Source: an uncultured Candidatus Saccharibacteria bacterium
GTDB lineage: Bacteria > Patescibacteriota > Minisyncoccia > Phycocordibacterales > UBA6899
Assembly (NCBI GenBank): GCA_964386905.1
Contig: CAYLUP010000002.1
Location: 64,522 to 128,521, forward strand
Length of the DNA: 64,000 nucleotides
Reading direction: 5' to 3'
Below the pieces are notes generated by a model that was not told the DNA's origin, searched no databases, and worked only from the letters and a program-made list of their open reading frames with translations. The position numbers were made by a program, and so were the translations under genes. This document shows, in pieces, positions 35,966-45,704 of the stretch (within the stretch, counting starts at the first letter, position 1; every line of letters begins with the position of its first letter).

Positions 35966-36209
35966 ATGGTGCTGTGGATGATGTTGTGTCTGATAATGAT
36001 GATGTTCCATTTTCTGAAGGAGAAGCATCAATGCGTATCGCTTGGTCAAGTTCCATGGCAGTGGTGTCTTGCTGTTGCTGTGGAGGAATTTCCTCAATGG
36101 TATACACAGGTGTCGAGATGGTTCGTTCTTGACCAAGAATTGAGAACACGATGGCGCCTGCTGCACACAGGCAGATAATTCCGACGAGCAGTATTCGTGA
36201 GCTTTTCAT
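35946..36209 (-). CDS. Small bitopic membrane protein with a Ser/Thr-rich tail.
   Basis: MKSSRILLVGIICLCAAGAIVFSILG, then QQQ/ST-rich low complexity. Start placed at the ATG (36209) that avoids overlap with uppP. Confidence 0.35.
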   Translation of the reverse strand: MKSSRILLVGIICLCAAGAIVFSILGQERTISTPVYTIEEIPPQQQQDTTAMELDQAIRIDASPSENGTSSLSDTTSSTAPYESTTN

Positions 36210-36270
36210 GACCCTATGATACATGATGATGATGGAAGATGGAAGAAGATGTGCATGATATACTGTTCTC

Positions 36271-37038
36271 ATGGATTATCTTTCCGCAATTATTCTTGGC
36301 GTTGTAGAGGGGGCAACAGAGTTTCTTCCTATTTCATCGACGGCACATCTTTTAATTTCAGAGCATTTCCTTGGTTTATCGCAGACAGATCTTCTTTCCT
36401 TGTTTAATATTATTGTGCAATGTGGTGCGATTCTTGCGGTGCTCGTGTATGCGCCACGCAGGCTTTTGGTTGAGCGAAAAACTCAATGGGCTATCGTTTG
36501 GGCGTTTATTCCAACAGCCATCCTTGGGCTTCTACTGAAAGACGCTGTTGGTTTTCTCCATGGGTATCTTCTTGTCTCTATCGCAGCTTTGTTTCTCGGT
36601 GGTGTTTTTATGCTTTTCTTCGAATCAAGAATTGCACGCATTTCTCGTGGGTATCCGATAGAAGCTCTCTCCAAAAAGTCGCTTGTCGCCATTGGCGCAC
36701 TTCAGACTATTGCTTTTATCCCCGGCATCTCGCGTTCTGCTGCGACCATCTATGCAGGATTGTCGCAGGGGCTGAGTAAAAAGGAAGCTGTTGCATTCTC
36801 ATTCTTTTTAGGGATTCCTACTATGGCATCTGCTGGTATCTTGTCTCTGTTTCAATATAACGGAGACGTAACATGGGACGGCTTGAGTCTTATTCTCTGT
36901 GGAACGATCGTTTCATTTATTGTTGCGTATTCTGTGATCCACGCATTAATGGCATATATTGAGAAAAGAGGTTTTACGTTTTTTGCGTGGTATCGTATCG
37001 TTTTCTCAATACTCCTTGCTGGAATATTTTTACTGTAA
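36271..37038 (+). CDS. uppP: Undecaprenyl-diphosphatase (BacA/UppP).
   Basis: MDYLSAIILGVVEGATEFLPISSTAHLLI (conserved EGxTEFLPISS motif), 8 TM helices, and ...PGISRSAATI.... Confidence 0.85.
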   Translation: MDYLSAIILGVVEGATEFLPISSTAHLLISEHFLGLSQTDLLSLFNIIVQCGAILAVLVYAPRRLLVERKTQWAIVWAFIPTAILGLLLKDAVGFLHGYLLVSIAALFLGGVFMLFFESRIARISRGYPIEALSKKSLVAIGALQTIAFIPGISRSAATIYAGLSQGLSKKEAVAFSFFLGIPTMASAGILSLFQYNGDVTWDGLSLILCGTIVSFIVAYSVIHALMAYIEKRGFTFFAWYRIVFSILLAGIFLL

Positions 37039-37101
37039 TTGTGTATCTTTTTTTAAAAAAAATTGATATACTAAAGACATAATAGCTAATAACAACAACA
37101 T

Positions 37102-37464
37102 ATGAGATTAACACTCAAAGCAACGGGTATCGATCACACAAATGCACTTGATGCATATGTCGCAATGCGGTTGCGTGAACTCGAAAAAGTTCTGGATCCA
37201 AAAGAAAAGAGTTGTATCGCTCGTGTGGAGATTAGCAAAGAAACAAAACACCACAAGACGGGTGCACAGGTATTTAAGGCGGAATTGACGATGCGAGCAG
37301 GAAAGAAAGATTTTCGTGTAGAAAAATTTGATGCATCAGATTTGTATGCCGCAATTGATGCAATGAAAGACGAGGCTGTACAAGATGTCAAAGAGCATTA
37401 TAAGCGCGCTCGTGTGCTTGAAAAGAAGGGTGAGCGAAAGGTGAAAGAAGCATTACGAAAATAA
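37102..37464 (+). CDS. hpf: Ribosome hibernation promoting factor / RaiA (YfiA-HPF family, short form).
   Basis: MRLTLKATGIDHTNALDAYVAMRLRELEKVLD...SDLYAAIDAMKDEA matches the HPF fold consensus (i.i.g......al..yv..kl..l.k........DmYaAID.l...l). Confidence 0.75.
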   Translation: MRLTLKATGIDHTNALDAYVAMRLRELEKVLDPKEKSCIARVEISKETKHHKTGAQVFKAELTMRAGKKDFRVEKFDASDLYAAIDAMKDEAVQDVKEHYKRARVLEKKGERKVKEALRK

Positions 37465-37492
37465 AAAAAACGCGAAAGCGTTTTTTTTAATG
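37465..37492. terminator. Bidirectional terminator: A-run, aacgc-gaaa-gcgtt, T-run.
   Basis: Symmetric hairpin flanked by A8 and T8, between hpf (+) and fmt (-). Confidence 0.6.
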
Positions 37493-38356
37493 GAGGCCAC
37501 GAAGAAAGTCGGCATAAAACATCTCCTTTTTTCCTTCAGGGATAACTTTTTCGATAATAAGAGTATGATGTTCTACACGTGCTTGGGTGATTTTTATTCG
37601 AATATCTTTTTCATTATGTTTCAGGAAGAAGAACGCTCCAGGCCAGAGGTGGTATGCACGAATTTTTCGTATTGCAATAATTGGGTCACCATGAATATCG
37701 ACGAGTCCATCTTCTTTCTCAATTTTTTTGCAATAGGTTGCTTGTGTGTGAGCTTGCTCCTGTTTGTGCTTTATGTGCTCTTCAATGCCTGGAAGAGCAC
37801 CAATAAGTATTTTCCCTGCAATGGAAGCAAGTGCATGCTCAATTTCGGCGCTTGTAGGGGGGTTTGAGGGATCCCATGATTGATTGAGGGATTCTTGAAG
37901 GATAACAGGGCCGTGATCCATTTCGGTATCAAGTTCCATGAGGGTGACCCCTGTTGTCGTGTCGCCCGCAATGATCGTGCTTTCAATAGGAGAAGGACCT
38001 CGAAACTTTGGAAGAAGTGATGGGTGAATGTTGAGTGTTGCAATTCGAGGCATGCGAAGCATGTGTTCAGGAATCATTTTTCCATATGCAACCACAAGGA
38101 ATATGTCAGCACGTTCTCGTTCGAGGACTTCTGTTATTTCTTGTGTTCTGAGTGTTGCGGGAGTGCACACGGGTATGTGGTTTTGTATTGCCCATTCGTG
38201 CATTGGGGTCTTTGTGAGGAGCAATTTTCGACCAACTGGTTTTTCTGGGGTGGTCACGACAAGAGAGGGGACTATGCCGTTCGCGCGAAGCATCTCTGCG
38301 ATTGCAACAGCAAACACGGGTGTTCCAAAATAAACAAAGCGAAGTGGTGCCGTCAT
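37487..38356 (-). CDS. fmt: Methionyl-tRNA formyltransferase.
   Basis: LRFVYFGTPVFAV...VVTTPEKPVGRK; the SLLPKFRGPSPIE segment (Fmt consensus HxSLLPxxRGxxPI); GVTLMELDTEMDHGPVI. Confidence 0.85.
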   Translation of the reverse strand: MTAPLRFVYFGTPVFAVAIAEMLRANGIVPSLVVTTPEKPVGRKLLLTKTPMHEWAIQNHIPVCTPATLRTQEITEVLERERADIFLVVAYGKMIPEHMLRMPRIATLNIHPSLLPKFRGPSPIESTIIAGDTTTGVTLMELDTEMDHGPVILQESLNQSWDPSNPPTSAEIEHALASIAGKILIGALPGIEEHIKHKQEQAHTQATYCKKIEKEDGLVDIHGDPIIAIRKIRAYHLWPGAFFFLKHNEKDIRIKITQARVEHHTLIIEKVIPEGKKEMFYADFLRGLH

Positions 38357-38361
38357 AGATA

Positions 38362-38952
38362 TTACGTTAGTGTGCGAATGTGTTCAGCAGCCTTTTTGAC
38401 TTCACGAATTTCCTTGTCGCTCATTTCTGCAAGTGCGCTCGCATGATCGCAAAAGAGTACTCCATTAAGATGCTCAATCTCGTGCTGGAAGATTTGTGCC
38501 ATAAGTCCCGACGCACCACGTGAGTGGATTTTTCCGATTTCATCTTGGTATTCGATTGTTGCTTTTACATATCTTTCTGTTGTGCCAAAAAGCCAACGAA
38601 CAGACAAGCATCCTTCAGGAACACGTTGTTTTTGCTGAGATACTTTAATGATCTTGGGATTGATGACAATAAGATGCTGTTTTGGGAGTTTTTCTTCAGG
38701 GAAACCATCATCATCTACTGGTGCGAATGCTCTGCGGTGAACAACAAAAATTCTCCAGTTCTCTCCTATTTGAGGACAGGCAATCGCAACGCCATCTGGT
38801 TCAGCCTCGAGTGCGGTTATCATGCGTGAGATAATGTCTCGCAGTGTATCTGACCCAAACATTTCTGGGGGGACTTCTGGTGAAATCTTTCGTAACGCAG
38901 GATGATCTTTTTGAACGATATGCGTTTCGTAATTATGTGAAATGGTATACAT
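38362..38952 (-). CDS. def: Peptide deformylase.
   Basis: Motifs GVAIACPQIG (motif I), EGCLSV (motif II) and QHEIEHLNG (motif III, HExxH). Confidence 0.9.
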   Translation of the reverse strand: MYTISHNYETHIVQKDHPALRKISPEVPPEMFGSDTLRDIISRMITALEAEPDGVAIACPQIGENWRIFVVHRRAFAPVDDDGFPEEKLPKQHLIVINPKIIKVSQQKQRVPEGCLSVRWLFGTTERYVKATIEYQDEIGKIHSRGASGLMAQIFQHEIEHLNGVLFCDHASALAEMSDKEIREVKKAAEHIRTLT

Positions 38953-38963
38953 TGGTGATGGTA

Positions 38964-40994
38964 TTATTCTGGTAGAACACTTCGTGGTTCCACTTTAACA
39001 GTAACTTCTTGAGGAAGAGAGGCGAGGAAAGCACGAAAATCTTCATGTGGCCACAAATCTCTTTTGAGTACGAAGAGTACGTGAGTTGCATACATATTTC
39101 CTTTTTTTCCAAGTGTGTGTGGAAAGATGGGGGTGACGTTGGGAAAGCGCTGTGCGTGCTCTTTCATGTAAGAAAGGAACGCATCGACAGCATCCTTCTG
39201 GCCTTCAAAGTGCGTCTTTACAAATATTGTGTATGGAGGAAAACGAAGTTCTTCACGAAGCGCAAGTTCCTGCTCCATAAACTCACTAATATTTCCGCGC
39301 GTTGCAAGATCGAAGAGATCATGTTTCTCGCGGAATTGCACAGCAAAATGGTCGCGAGCTTTTTCTCTTAAAACAAGGAGGAGTCGGAAAACATGTTCGT
39401 TCATGCGATACTCGGGAACAGTAAGAAGGGAGTTTACTGAGAGGATGCCAACAAGGCCAACTGGGTCGGTGATATAGGGTATGGCCATTTCTGTCCCAAG
39501 AAGAATGGACCCTGGTGTACTGAGGAATGCCTGTGCACGTTCTTTTGCTTCTTTGTGAGAATGGACAGCGTCTGCGTCAATGCGAAAAATTGAGTGATCT
39601 CCATATTTTTGCTTCAAGATATGCTCTGCCTGCTCGATGCCGAGTCCAAGTGAGGTAAATCTCCAGCCGTGACAATGATTGCAGTTGCGATGTGGTTCAG
39701 CCTTTGTTCCGCATCGGTGGCAGAGAAAAATATTTTGGGTGGTTTCGTTGTGTTCTGAAAGGCCAACGCCATCATGCACTGTTTCTGCAAGTGCCGCTTC
39801 TTCTTCTGCGGTTACATTGTGAGGAATGTTTTGCTGTTGTTTGTGTGCTGGTTGTTGCGTGTGTTTCTGTGCATGTAATACGAGGGGTGCACCACAATGT
39901 GTGCAGTCGACAACTGTCCCACAATCTCCACACACGGTGACTGGCGCAATCCCCTTGCGGATACAGAGAATAAATGAAGATGATCCACGTTTCTTTGCGT
40001 CACTCAAGAGTGCTACAAGTTCCTTAGAAAAGAATGCCACTTTCCCAGCTGATGGTTGTTCCCCTGAAGAACGCATGTCAATAAGGTGACTTTTTGAGGT
40101 GGAAGAATAGCGGGCTTTTGGGCGCATAAGTGCGTCATATGCACCGTTTTGGTATGCGAGAAGGGTCTCGCTTCGCAAGAAAAGATCGCCAAGAATACAA
40201 GTTAGTTTTTGCTCTTGTGCATATGCTTCGACATAATATCGGGTGTCAATAAATGGGCGATGAGTGAGTGTGTATGCGTGTGCACTTTCTCTTTCAAGAA
40301 TAATACTTTGCACATTTGGACATGGAGTGCTTACAAACTGTGGAGTTGCGATTACTAAAACAGAGTGATCACTTGTTGCAATTTCTCTAATGCGGTCGTC
40401 GAGTTGTTTTTGTGTAAGATTACTATGGAGTACATATGTGTACGTGCTTATACCTTTTCCGATCGCAGCATCTATACGTTCGATGTCCTGTATGGTTGGA
40501 AGAATAAAAAATACAGACCCTCCTCGTGCAAATACCTCACGGATATGACTTTTGTATGTGGCGATGCGTTCTGTTTCCTCAGCTTGAAGAATGAAGGGGT
40601 GAAGAATTGTGCCTTCTGTGTGTTTTGGTATTAGTTCTTGAAAAAGCTCTGGGTGTCGCAAGAGTGATGCTGGAAGAAGTGCATCAAGTGCAGCACCAAA
40701 CGGAGAAACATGCCATTCTGCGGTTTTTTGCACTGCTCGAATGATGCTTTCTGGAAGGCGTCCATACACTGTAACGTGTTTTAATTGCGTAAGAGAGAAT
40801 CGAGATTGCTTGATGTCGCTTTTTGATTCTGCTGCGGGCGAGACATGTACGACAAGCGCTTGAGTGTGTTTTTTTCGGATGGGCACCGAAATGAGCGATC
40901 CAAGAGGAATCGCAGAAGAAGAAAGATACGAGAGTTCAGCAAGTGGTATACCTCGTGATATTGGTGCGACGGTAATGAGATACATCAAGGTCAC
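38964..40994 (-). CDS. priA: Primosomal protein N' (PriA replication-restart helicase).
   Basis: DEAD/DEAH-like helicase motifs, a Cys-rich zinc-binding insertion CGDCGTVVDCTHCGAPLVLH...CHRCGTKAEPHRNCNHC, and ILLGTEMA. The gene order priA-def-fmt is conserved. Confidence 0.8.
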   Translation of the reverse strand: MTLMYLITVAPISRGIPLAELSYLSSSAIPLGSLISVPIRKKHTQALVVHVSPAAESKSDIKQSRFSLTQLKHVTVYGRLPESIIRAVQKTAEWHVSPFGAALDALLPASLLRHPELFQELIPKHTEGTILHPFILQAEETERIATYKSHIREVFARGGSVFFILPTIQDIERIDAAIGKGISTYTYVLHSNLTQKQLDDRIREIATSDHSVLVIATPQFVSTPCPNVQSIILERESAHAYTLTHRPFIDTRYYVEAYAQEQKLTCILGDLFLRSETLLAYQNGAYDALMRPKARYSSTSKSHLIDMRSSGEQPSAGKVAFFSKELVALLSDAKKRGSSSFILCIRKGIAPVTVCGDCGTVVDCTHCGAPLVLHAQKHTQQPAHKQQQNIPHNVTAEEEAALAETVHDGVGLSEHNETTQNIFLCHRCGTKAEPHRNCNHCHGWRFTSLGLGIEQAEHILKQKYGDHSIFRIDADAVHSHKEAKERAQAFLSTPGSILLGTEMAIPYITDPVGLVGILSVNSLLTVPEYRMNEHVFRLLLVLREKARDHFAVQFREKHDLFDLATRGNISEFMEQELALREELRFPPYTIFVKTHFEGQKDAVDAFLSYMKEHAQRFPNVTPIFPHTLGKKGNMYATHVLFVLKRDLWPHEDFRAFLASLPQEVTVKVEPRSVLPE

Positions 40995-41096
40995 AATAGC
41001 ATTATTTCCTTTAAAAATCTAGCAAGGAACACATTCCAACAAGAACGTTCTGGTGTGATATACACAGAGAAAACAGAGAATCCTGTGATACAATAA

Positions 41097-44000
41097 ATGA
41101 GAATTATGACAACGCCAGAGCTGTTGGAGTTTATTCGTATCGAGCATGCACTTGGTATGAGTCTTGCAGAGATCACTCGTCTATTGGTTACTGAGGGGGA
41201 GTGGGATCGAGAAGACGTTGCCGAAGCATTTCGTGCGCTTGGACTTCCGGAGGAACAAGCTGAAGAAGGATATGACCAGAAGAATGTTGCACCGCCACAA
41301 TCTTCTGATTTTGCGTCCCCCGTAGCACCGGTAACGAATGGCGCTCAGCTTGAACTCACCCAAAGTAGCGCTCCTTTTGAGGCTCAAGAGCCTGTCGTAA
41401 GACACGCTCCTGCTCCGGTTTCAGCACCTGGTCCAAAAGACATGGAATACCCACGGCATGCTGCTCCAATGCAGTATGTGGAGAAACCCGAAGAGAAACC
41501 GAAGCCAACACTTGCACGTCCAGCGTCGCTTAAGCCACAAGCATTTCGTCCGATGGTTCGCTCGACGCAAAATGGCATGGAAGTTTCCGCTGCACAAAAA
41601 CATGCGCACTCACAACATGGACCAACTATTCACGTGTCAAAATTACAGCATTTAGGTGCTGACACAAAGCACGGTCCAGCACCAGTTCCCCAAATACATA
41701 AATCAAAAGAATCAATTGAGACTAAAGTTGTTTTTGGGCTCGATGTGCCAGATGATGAGCCAACCCCAAAGAAGGTTGTATCACCTCTAGCGACAGAGAT
41801 TTTAGAGCCGCATGCAGAAATTGCGCTTTCTGTTCAGAACACACAAGAAAAAGAAAAAATATCATCGGATCTTTCTGTTCAGAAGACGGGGCCGACGAGT
41901 GCGGTCGCTATAGAGAAAGTTCAGGTTTCAGAATCTCACGGTACAGAAAGAAAAGCAGAAGATTCTTCTCAGGCCGATGAGGTGTTGCCAAAGTTTGATC
42001 TTGCTTCCGCCTTGTTGAAACAAGACGGTCATGCTGATACACAAGATGATACTTCTCGTGCCATAGAACATCCTGTTGCTGACACGGTTTCTGACTCAGT
42101 AGTGATCGAGGAGAAGGGCGTTGCGCGTACTGAATTACCAATTTCTCCAATCGATGCGAATCGGCAGTCTCAGAGTCTCACGACTCCTTCTGTTGACACA
42201 CAAACGCCGATATTGAATGAGAAGCCTCACGATACACAAGAGAAGAGCGCTTCAATAGAAACAACTCTCCACACAGAAACATCTCCAACGCATACGGAAG
42301 CACCAAGTAGTGTTGAGATTCATCATAAAGAAGAAGGGGCTGTGGAAAAACAGGTACATCAGCAAGGAGACGTCTCGATTGGGATTCCGCGGCACGATAC
42401 CGCTCCCCAATCTCCTCTACCTGCAGGTACTGTTGTGCCACAACAGCAACCACCAGTGGTTCCCGTTGCTGCCCAACCACCACCGCCTCCAGTTGCACCA
42501 CAGCCACAAATAATCGTTGTGCCAGCAAATATGTTTGGTGCCCCTCAGGGATTTCAGTTCCCTGAGATGCCGATGCAGATGGCTGGGATGCAGCCACGCA
42601 TGGCTCCTGCTTCGCCGCCTACGCAATACGCACCTGGCTCTCGCGTTGCTGAAATGAACGGAGTTTCTCCTGATGTTGAGGAGCAAGCATATCTCGCTCA
42701 ATTTGGGCAAGCACCAATGCAACAGGGTATAGAAAGGCCTCCACAGGCAACAATTGTGTCTCCGACTATTATTCATGCGCCGCAAGTCAATGCTCCAGCG
42801 ATGAGCACTCAACAGCCAGTCGCCCATGAAAGCATTTTGCCGCCAAAGCCAGAGCCTGTTCGTTTTGATATTGGCAAAGTACGAAGCACACAAAAGGGCG
42901 AATCCCCAAAATCTGCATTGCGCGATTCTGTTGAAAGTGCTCTTGCTTCAAACGGAGATCTTTCCGATTCTCACCCTGTTGTTTCGCCGATTATTAAACC
43001 GGATGAAGAACAAATTGCAGCCGCCGCAGCGCATTCACTGAAAGTTCCTCAAAAAAGAACAATGCATGCGGACTTGTTACGTATTGGGGAGGGGGTTATT
43101 CCTGAGCAAGTTGTTGCACTTGGCGATAAAACAGATGCGGTTGCTGGTGTTGCTCTTTCAGATACAGAGGCGTTTGAACAAGATTCTGTTCCGCCACCAC
43201 CACAAAAAAAAGTGAGTGCATCAATTTTTTTCCTAGCAATGAGTATCCTTCTTGTCTTGGGTTTGATTTTTGGTATTGGATATTATATTGTCGTCCTCAA
43301 AAAACCAAGTGCACAATCTGCTCTCTCGGGGGCGCTTCGTGGGTTATTCCAGGATGGGGCATTTTCTTATAATGCCGTGCTACAGATTCACGCCTCTTCA
43401 ACAGATGCACTGTTGGAATCACTCACTGTGCAAGCAAATGTCATGGGTACTGTTGTTGGACGTGCAAATATGTTTGAAAAAAGTATTCACGAGGGAGAAT
43501 TCATCATGACACAGCGAGGTGTGCCAGAGCCAATACATATCGAGTTTCAGGGTTCAATCATTGGGCAGGAAAAAGAAGTGTTTCTGTCTCAGCAAAAACC
43601 TACATTGAACACACCTATCGAACACCTTCTCCCTGTCTCAGAGTGGCTACGTGTTCCATACGCGCAACTTGGTGAAATGCTCGGTTTTTCAGGTGCCACA
43701 GAGTCTTATGATGCTGTGATATCAGAAACACAATTGTTCCAGGGCTTTATGGAACATTTCCCTATTGTTGCTCGTGGTCCAGTAACTGAAATTTCCGAAG
43801 GTGATCGGGTCTTATATCGCATCCCCGTATCTCTTGATGGGGGGAAAATGATTACACTTAGTGATCTTGTCTCTCGAATGCTTCGTGGTTCAACTGTGGT
43901 GGGTACTGATTCTGCGCGTCGTGACGTTCTTCTTGGGCGCTACGATATGATTTCTGGAGAATTAGTTGTCGACAAACTTAAACTGCATCCAATACGCCTC

Positions 44001-44561
44001 ACACTTCAGTCAGCGTTTGATCCAAGTAAAATTCCATTTCAGGGAAATGTGCTTGTGGATATCGCGTTCCAATATCCTAAGGAGTTGCCAGTTTTCGACC
44101 GCAATACAAAAACGATAGATGAATATAAGATTTTGCATGCTGATGCATCAGAAGCGGGTATTGTTATCGCAAAAGATTCGCCAGTGCTGCTTGCGGTTCC
44201 AACAATTGTTACCGCACTAAAACAATTTAGTGAGAAGGAAGGTTATTATCCTCTCCGTATCGATCAACTCTTTACGCTGAAATACGTGAATAGTGATGCG
44301 ATCCCTCAAGAGATTCGTTCGCGAATTCTTTATGCTCCATATGCAAGGCAACCAAAAGAGGGAGAGTCATTTGCTGCATGTGTGGCAAAGAAGGGAATGT
44401 GCAGTTTTTACCACCTTGGAACGACACTTGAGCATATGCGCGCACAAGAGCTTCAGGCAGATGTAGATTTGGTTTCTTCAAAAATTCAAGGAGGGGATAC
44501 TTCAGGTTGTGCTGGTGAACAAAGTCGTGCTTGCTATGATGTTGTAGGCATTCTCGAATAG
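41097..44561 (+). CDS. Giant bitopic membrane protein (1154 aa). It has a small N-terminal helical domain, a ~650-aa Pro/Gln/Ala-rich disordered linker, one TM helix and a ~440-aa C-terminal extracytoplasmic domain. It sits immediately upstream of mreB.
   Basis: N-terminus MTTPELLEFIRIEHALGMSLAEITRLLVTEGEWDREDVAEAFRALGLP. Low-complexity PQ-rich region including VPQQQPPVVPVAAQPPPPPVAPQPQ. TM VSASIFFLAMSILLVLGLIFGIGYYIVVL. The C-terminal domain is globular. Confidence 0.55.
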   Translation: MRIMTTPELLEFIRIEHALGMSLAEITRLLVTEGEWDREDVAEAFRALGLPEEQAEEGYDQKNVAPPQSSDFASPVAPVTNGAQLELTQSSAPFEAQEPVVRHAPAPVSAPGPKDMEYPRHAAPMQYVEKPEEKPKPTLARPASLKPQAFRPMVRSTQNGMEVSAAQKHAHSQHGPTIHVSKLQHLGADTKHGPAPVPQIHKSKESIETKVVFGLDVPDDEPTPKKVVSPLATEILEPHAEIALSVQNTQEKEKISSDLSVQKTGPTSAVAIEKVQVSESHGTERKAEDSSQADEVLPKFDLASALLKQDGHADTQDDTSRAIEHPVADTVSDSVVIEEKGVARTELPISPIDANRQSQSLTTPSVDTQTPILNEKPHDTQEKSASIETTLHTETSPTHTEAPSSVEIHHKEEGAVEKQVHQQGDVSIGIPRHDTAPQSPLPAGTVVPQQQPPVVPVAAQPPPPPVAPQPQIIVVPANMFGAPQGFQFPEMPMQMAGMQPRMAPASPPTQYAPGSRVAEMNGVSPDVEEQAYLAQFGQAPMQQGIERPPQATIVSPTIIHAPQVNAPAMSTQQPVAHESILPPKPEPVRFDIGKVRSTQKGESPKSALRDSVESALASNGDLSDSHPVVSPIIKPDEEQIAAAAAHSLKVPQKRTMHADLLRIGEGVIPEQVVALGDKTDAVAGVALSDTEAFEQDSVPPPPQKKVSASIFFLAMSILLVLGLIFGIGYYIVVLKKPSAQSALSGALRGLFQDGAFSYNAVLQIHASSTDALLESLTVQANVMGTVVGRANMFEKSIHEGEFIMTQRGVPEPIHIEFQGSIIGQEKEVFLSQQKPTLNTPIEHLLPVSEWLRVPYAQLGEMLGFSGATESYDAVISETQLFQGFMEHFPIVARGPVTEISEGDRVLYRIPVSLDGGKMITLSDLVSRMLRGSTVVGTDSARRDVLLGRYDMISGELVVDKLKLHPIRLTLQSAFDPSKIPFQGNVLVDIAFQYPKELPVFDRNTKTIDEYKILHADASEAGIVIAKDSPVLLAVPTIVTALKQFSEKEGYYPLRIDQLFTLKYVNSDAIPQEIRSRILYAPYARQPKEGESFAACVAKKGMCSFYHLGTTLEHMRAQELQADVDLVSSKIQGGDTSGCAGEQSRACYDVVGILE

Positions 44562-44651
44562 CCTATTGACAAATAAGCTGTTAATGTGCAAAAAATCGTA
44601 CTGTTTGTACGATTTTTTGCTATTTCTTTCTCCTATGCTAGAGTTCAGTGC

Positions 44652-45665
44652 ATGAGTATATTTGGTGGAAAGCTTGGCATTGATTTGGGCACCGCAAACA
44701 CGCTCGTATACGTTCCCGGGAAAGGAATTGTTTTAAACGAGCCATCTGTTGTTGCAGTTTCAGAGCGAGATAATAAAATTCTTGCAGTTGGTGTTGAGGC
44801 AAAAGAAATGATTGGACGAACACCAGATGATATTATCGCATATCGCCCAATGAGAGATGGTGTTATTGCTGATTATCGTGTGACCGAAGCGATGTTGCGT
44901 TACTTTATTTCCAAAGCGATGGGAACATGGTCGCTCTTGAAGCCCGAAGTCATGGTTTCTGTTCCTGCTGGAGTAACATCGACAGAGCGCAGGGCGGTCA
45001 TCGAAGCTGCACTTCGGGCTGGCGCCAAAAATGCATATGTTGTAAAGGAACCAATTCTTGCCGCCATTGGAGCAGGTATTCCGATCTATGAAGCTCGAGG
45101 ACATATGATTGTGGATATTGGGGGAGGAACGACAGATGTTGCAGTTATTTCTTTAGGTGGAATTGTTGCATCGACTTCAGTAAAGTGTGCAGGTAATCGT
45201 ATTGATGCGGCAATCGCTGATTACATTAAAAAAACATTTAATCTTGCCATCGGTGACAAAACCGCAGAAGATATCAAAACGCAAATTGGTTCTGCTGTTC
45301 CATTAGAGCAAGAACTATCGATGACAATAAAAGGACGTGATTTCATTGCTGGACTTCCACGATCAGTGACAATATCAACAAATGAGATTGTGCGTGCCAT
45401 TGACCGAGAACTTCGAGAAATGATTAAGGCAATTAAGGATGTTCTTCAGGAGACACCACCAGAACTATCGGCGGACATTATTGATCGCGGAATTATTATG
45501 ACTGGCGGTTCGTCACAGCTTCGAAATTTACCAGAACTGGTGTATCGAAGAACTGGTGTGAAGGCAAGCATCGCAGATGATTCGTTGTATTGTGTTGCAA
45601 AAGGAACTGGAGTTGCCCTTGAACACTTAGACACATACAAAAAGACGATTATTACAAAACGATAA
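44652..45665 (+). CDS. mreB: Rod shape-determining actin homolog MreB.
   Basis: FGGKLGIDLGTANTLVYVPGKGIVLNEPSVVAV (phosphate-1 motif), DIGGGTTDVAVISLGG, and IMTGGSSQLRNLPELV. Start placed at ATG 44652 (MSIFGG...). Confidence 0.9.
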   Translation: MSIFGGKLGIDLGTANTLVYVPGKGIVLNEPSVVAVSERDNKILAVGVEAKEMIGRTPDDIIAYRPMRDGVIADYRVTEAMLRYFISKAMGTWSLLKPEVMVSVPAGVTSTERRAVIEAALRAGAKNAYVVKEPILAAIGAGIPIYEARGHMIVDIGGGTTDVAVISLGGIVASTSVKCAGNRIDAAIADYIKKTFNLAIGDKTAEDIKTQIGSAVPLEQELSMTIKGRDFIAGLPRSVTISTNEIVRAIDRELREMIKAIKDVLQETPPELSADIIDRGIIMTGGSSQLRNLPELVYRRTGVKASIADDSLYCVAKGTGVALEHLDTYKKTIITKR

Positions 45666-45704
45666 TACCGCCACAAAGTGGTGGTATTTTGTTATACTGT
45701 ATCT

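Noticed and set aside
35965-36166. His/Gln-rich N-terminal extension (MEHHHYQTQHHPQHHMNQQQ) of the 35543..36166 ORF as a metal-binding tail.
   Set aside because: This segment overlaps the coding region of 35946..36209 in another frame, so it is more likely an ORF-caller extension. The start was moved downstream.
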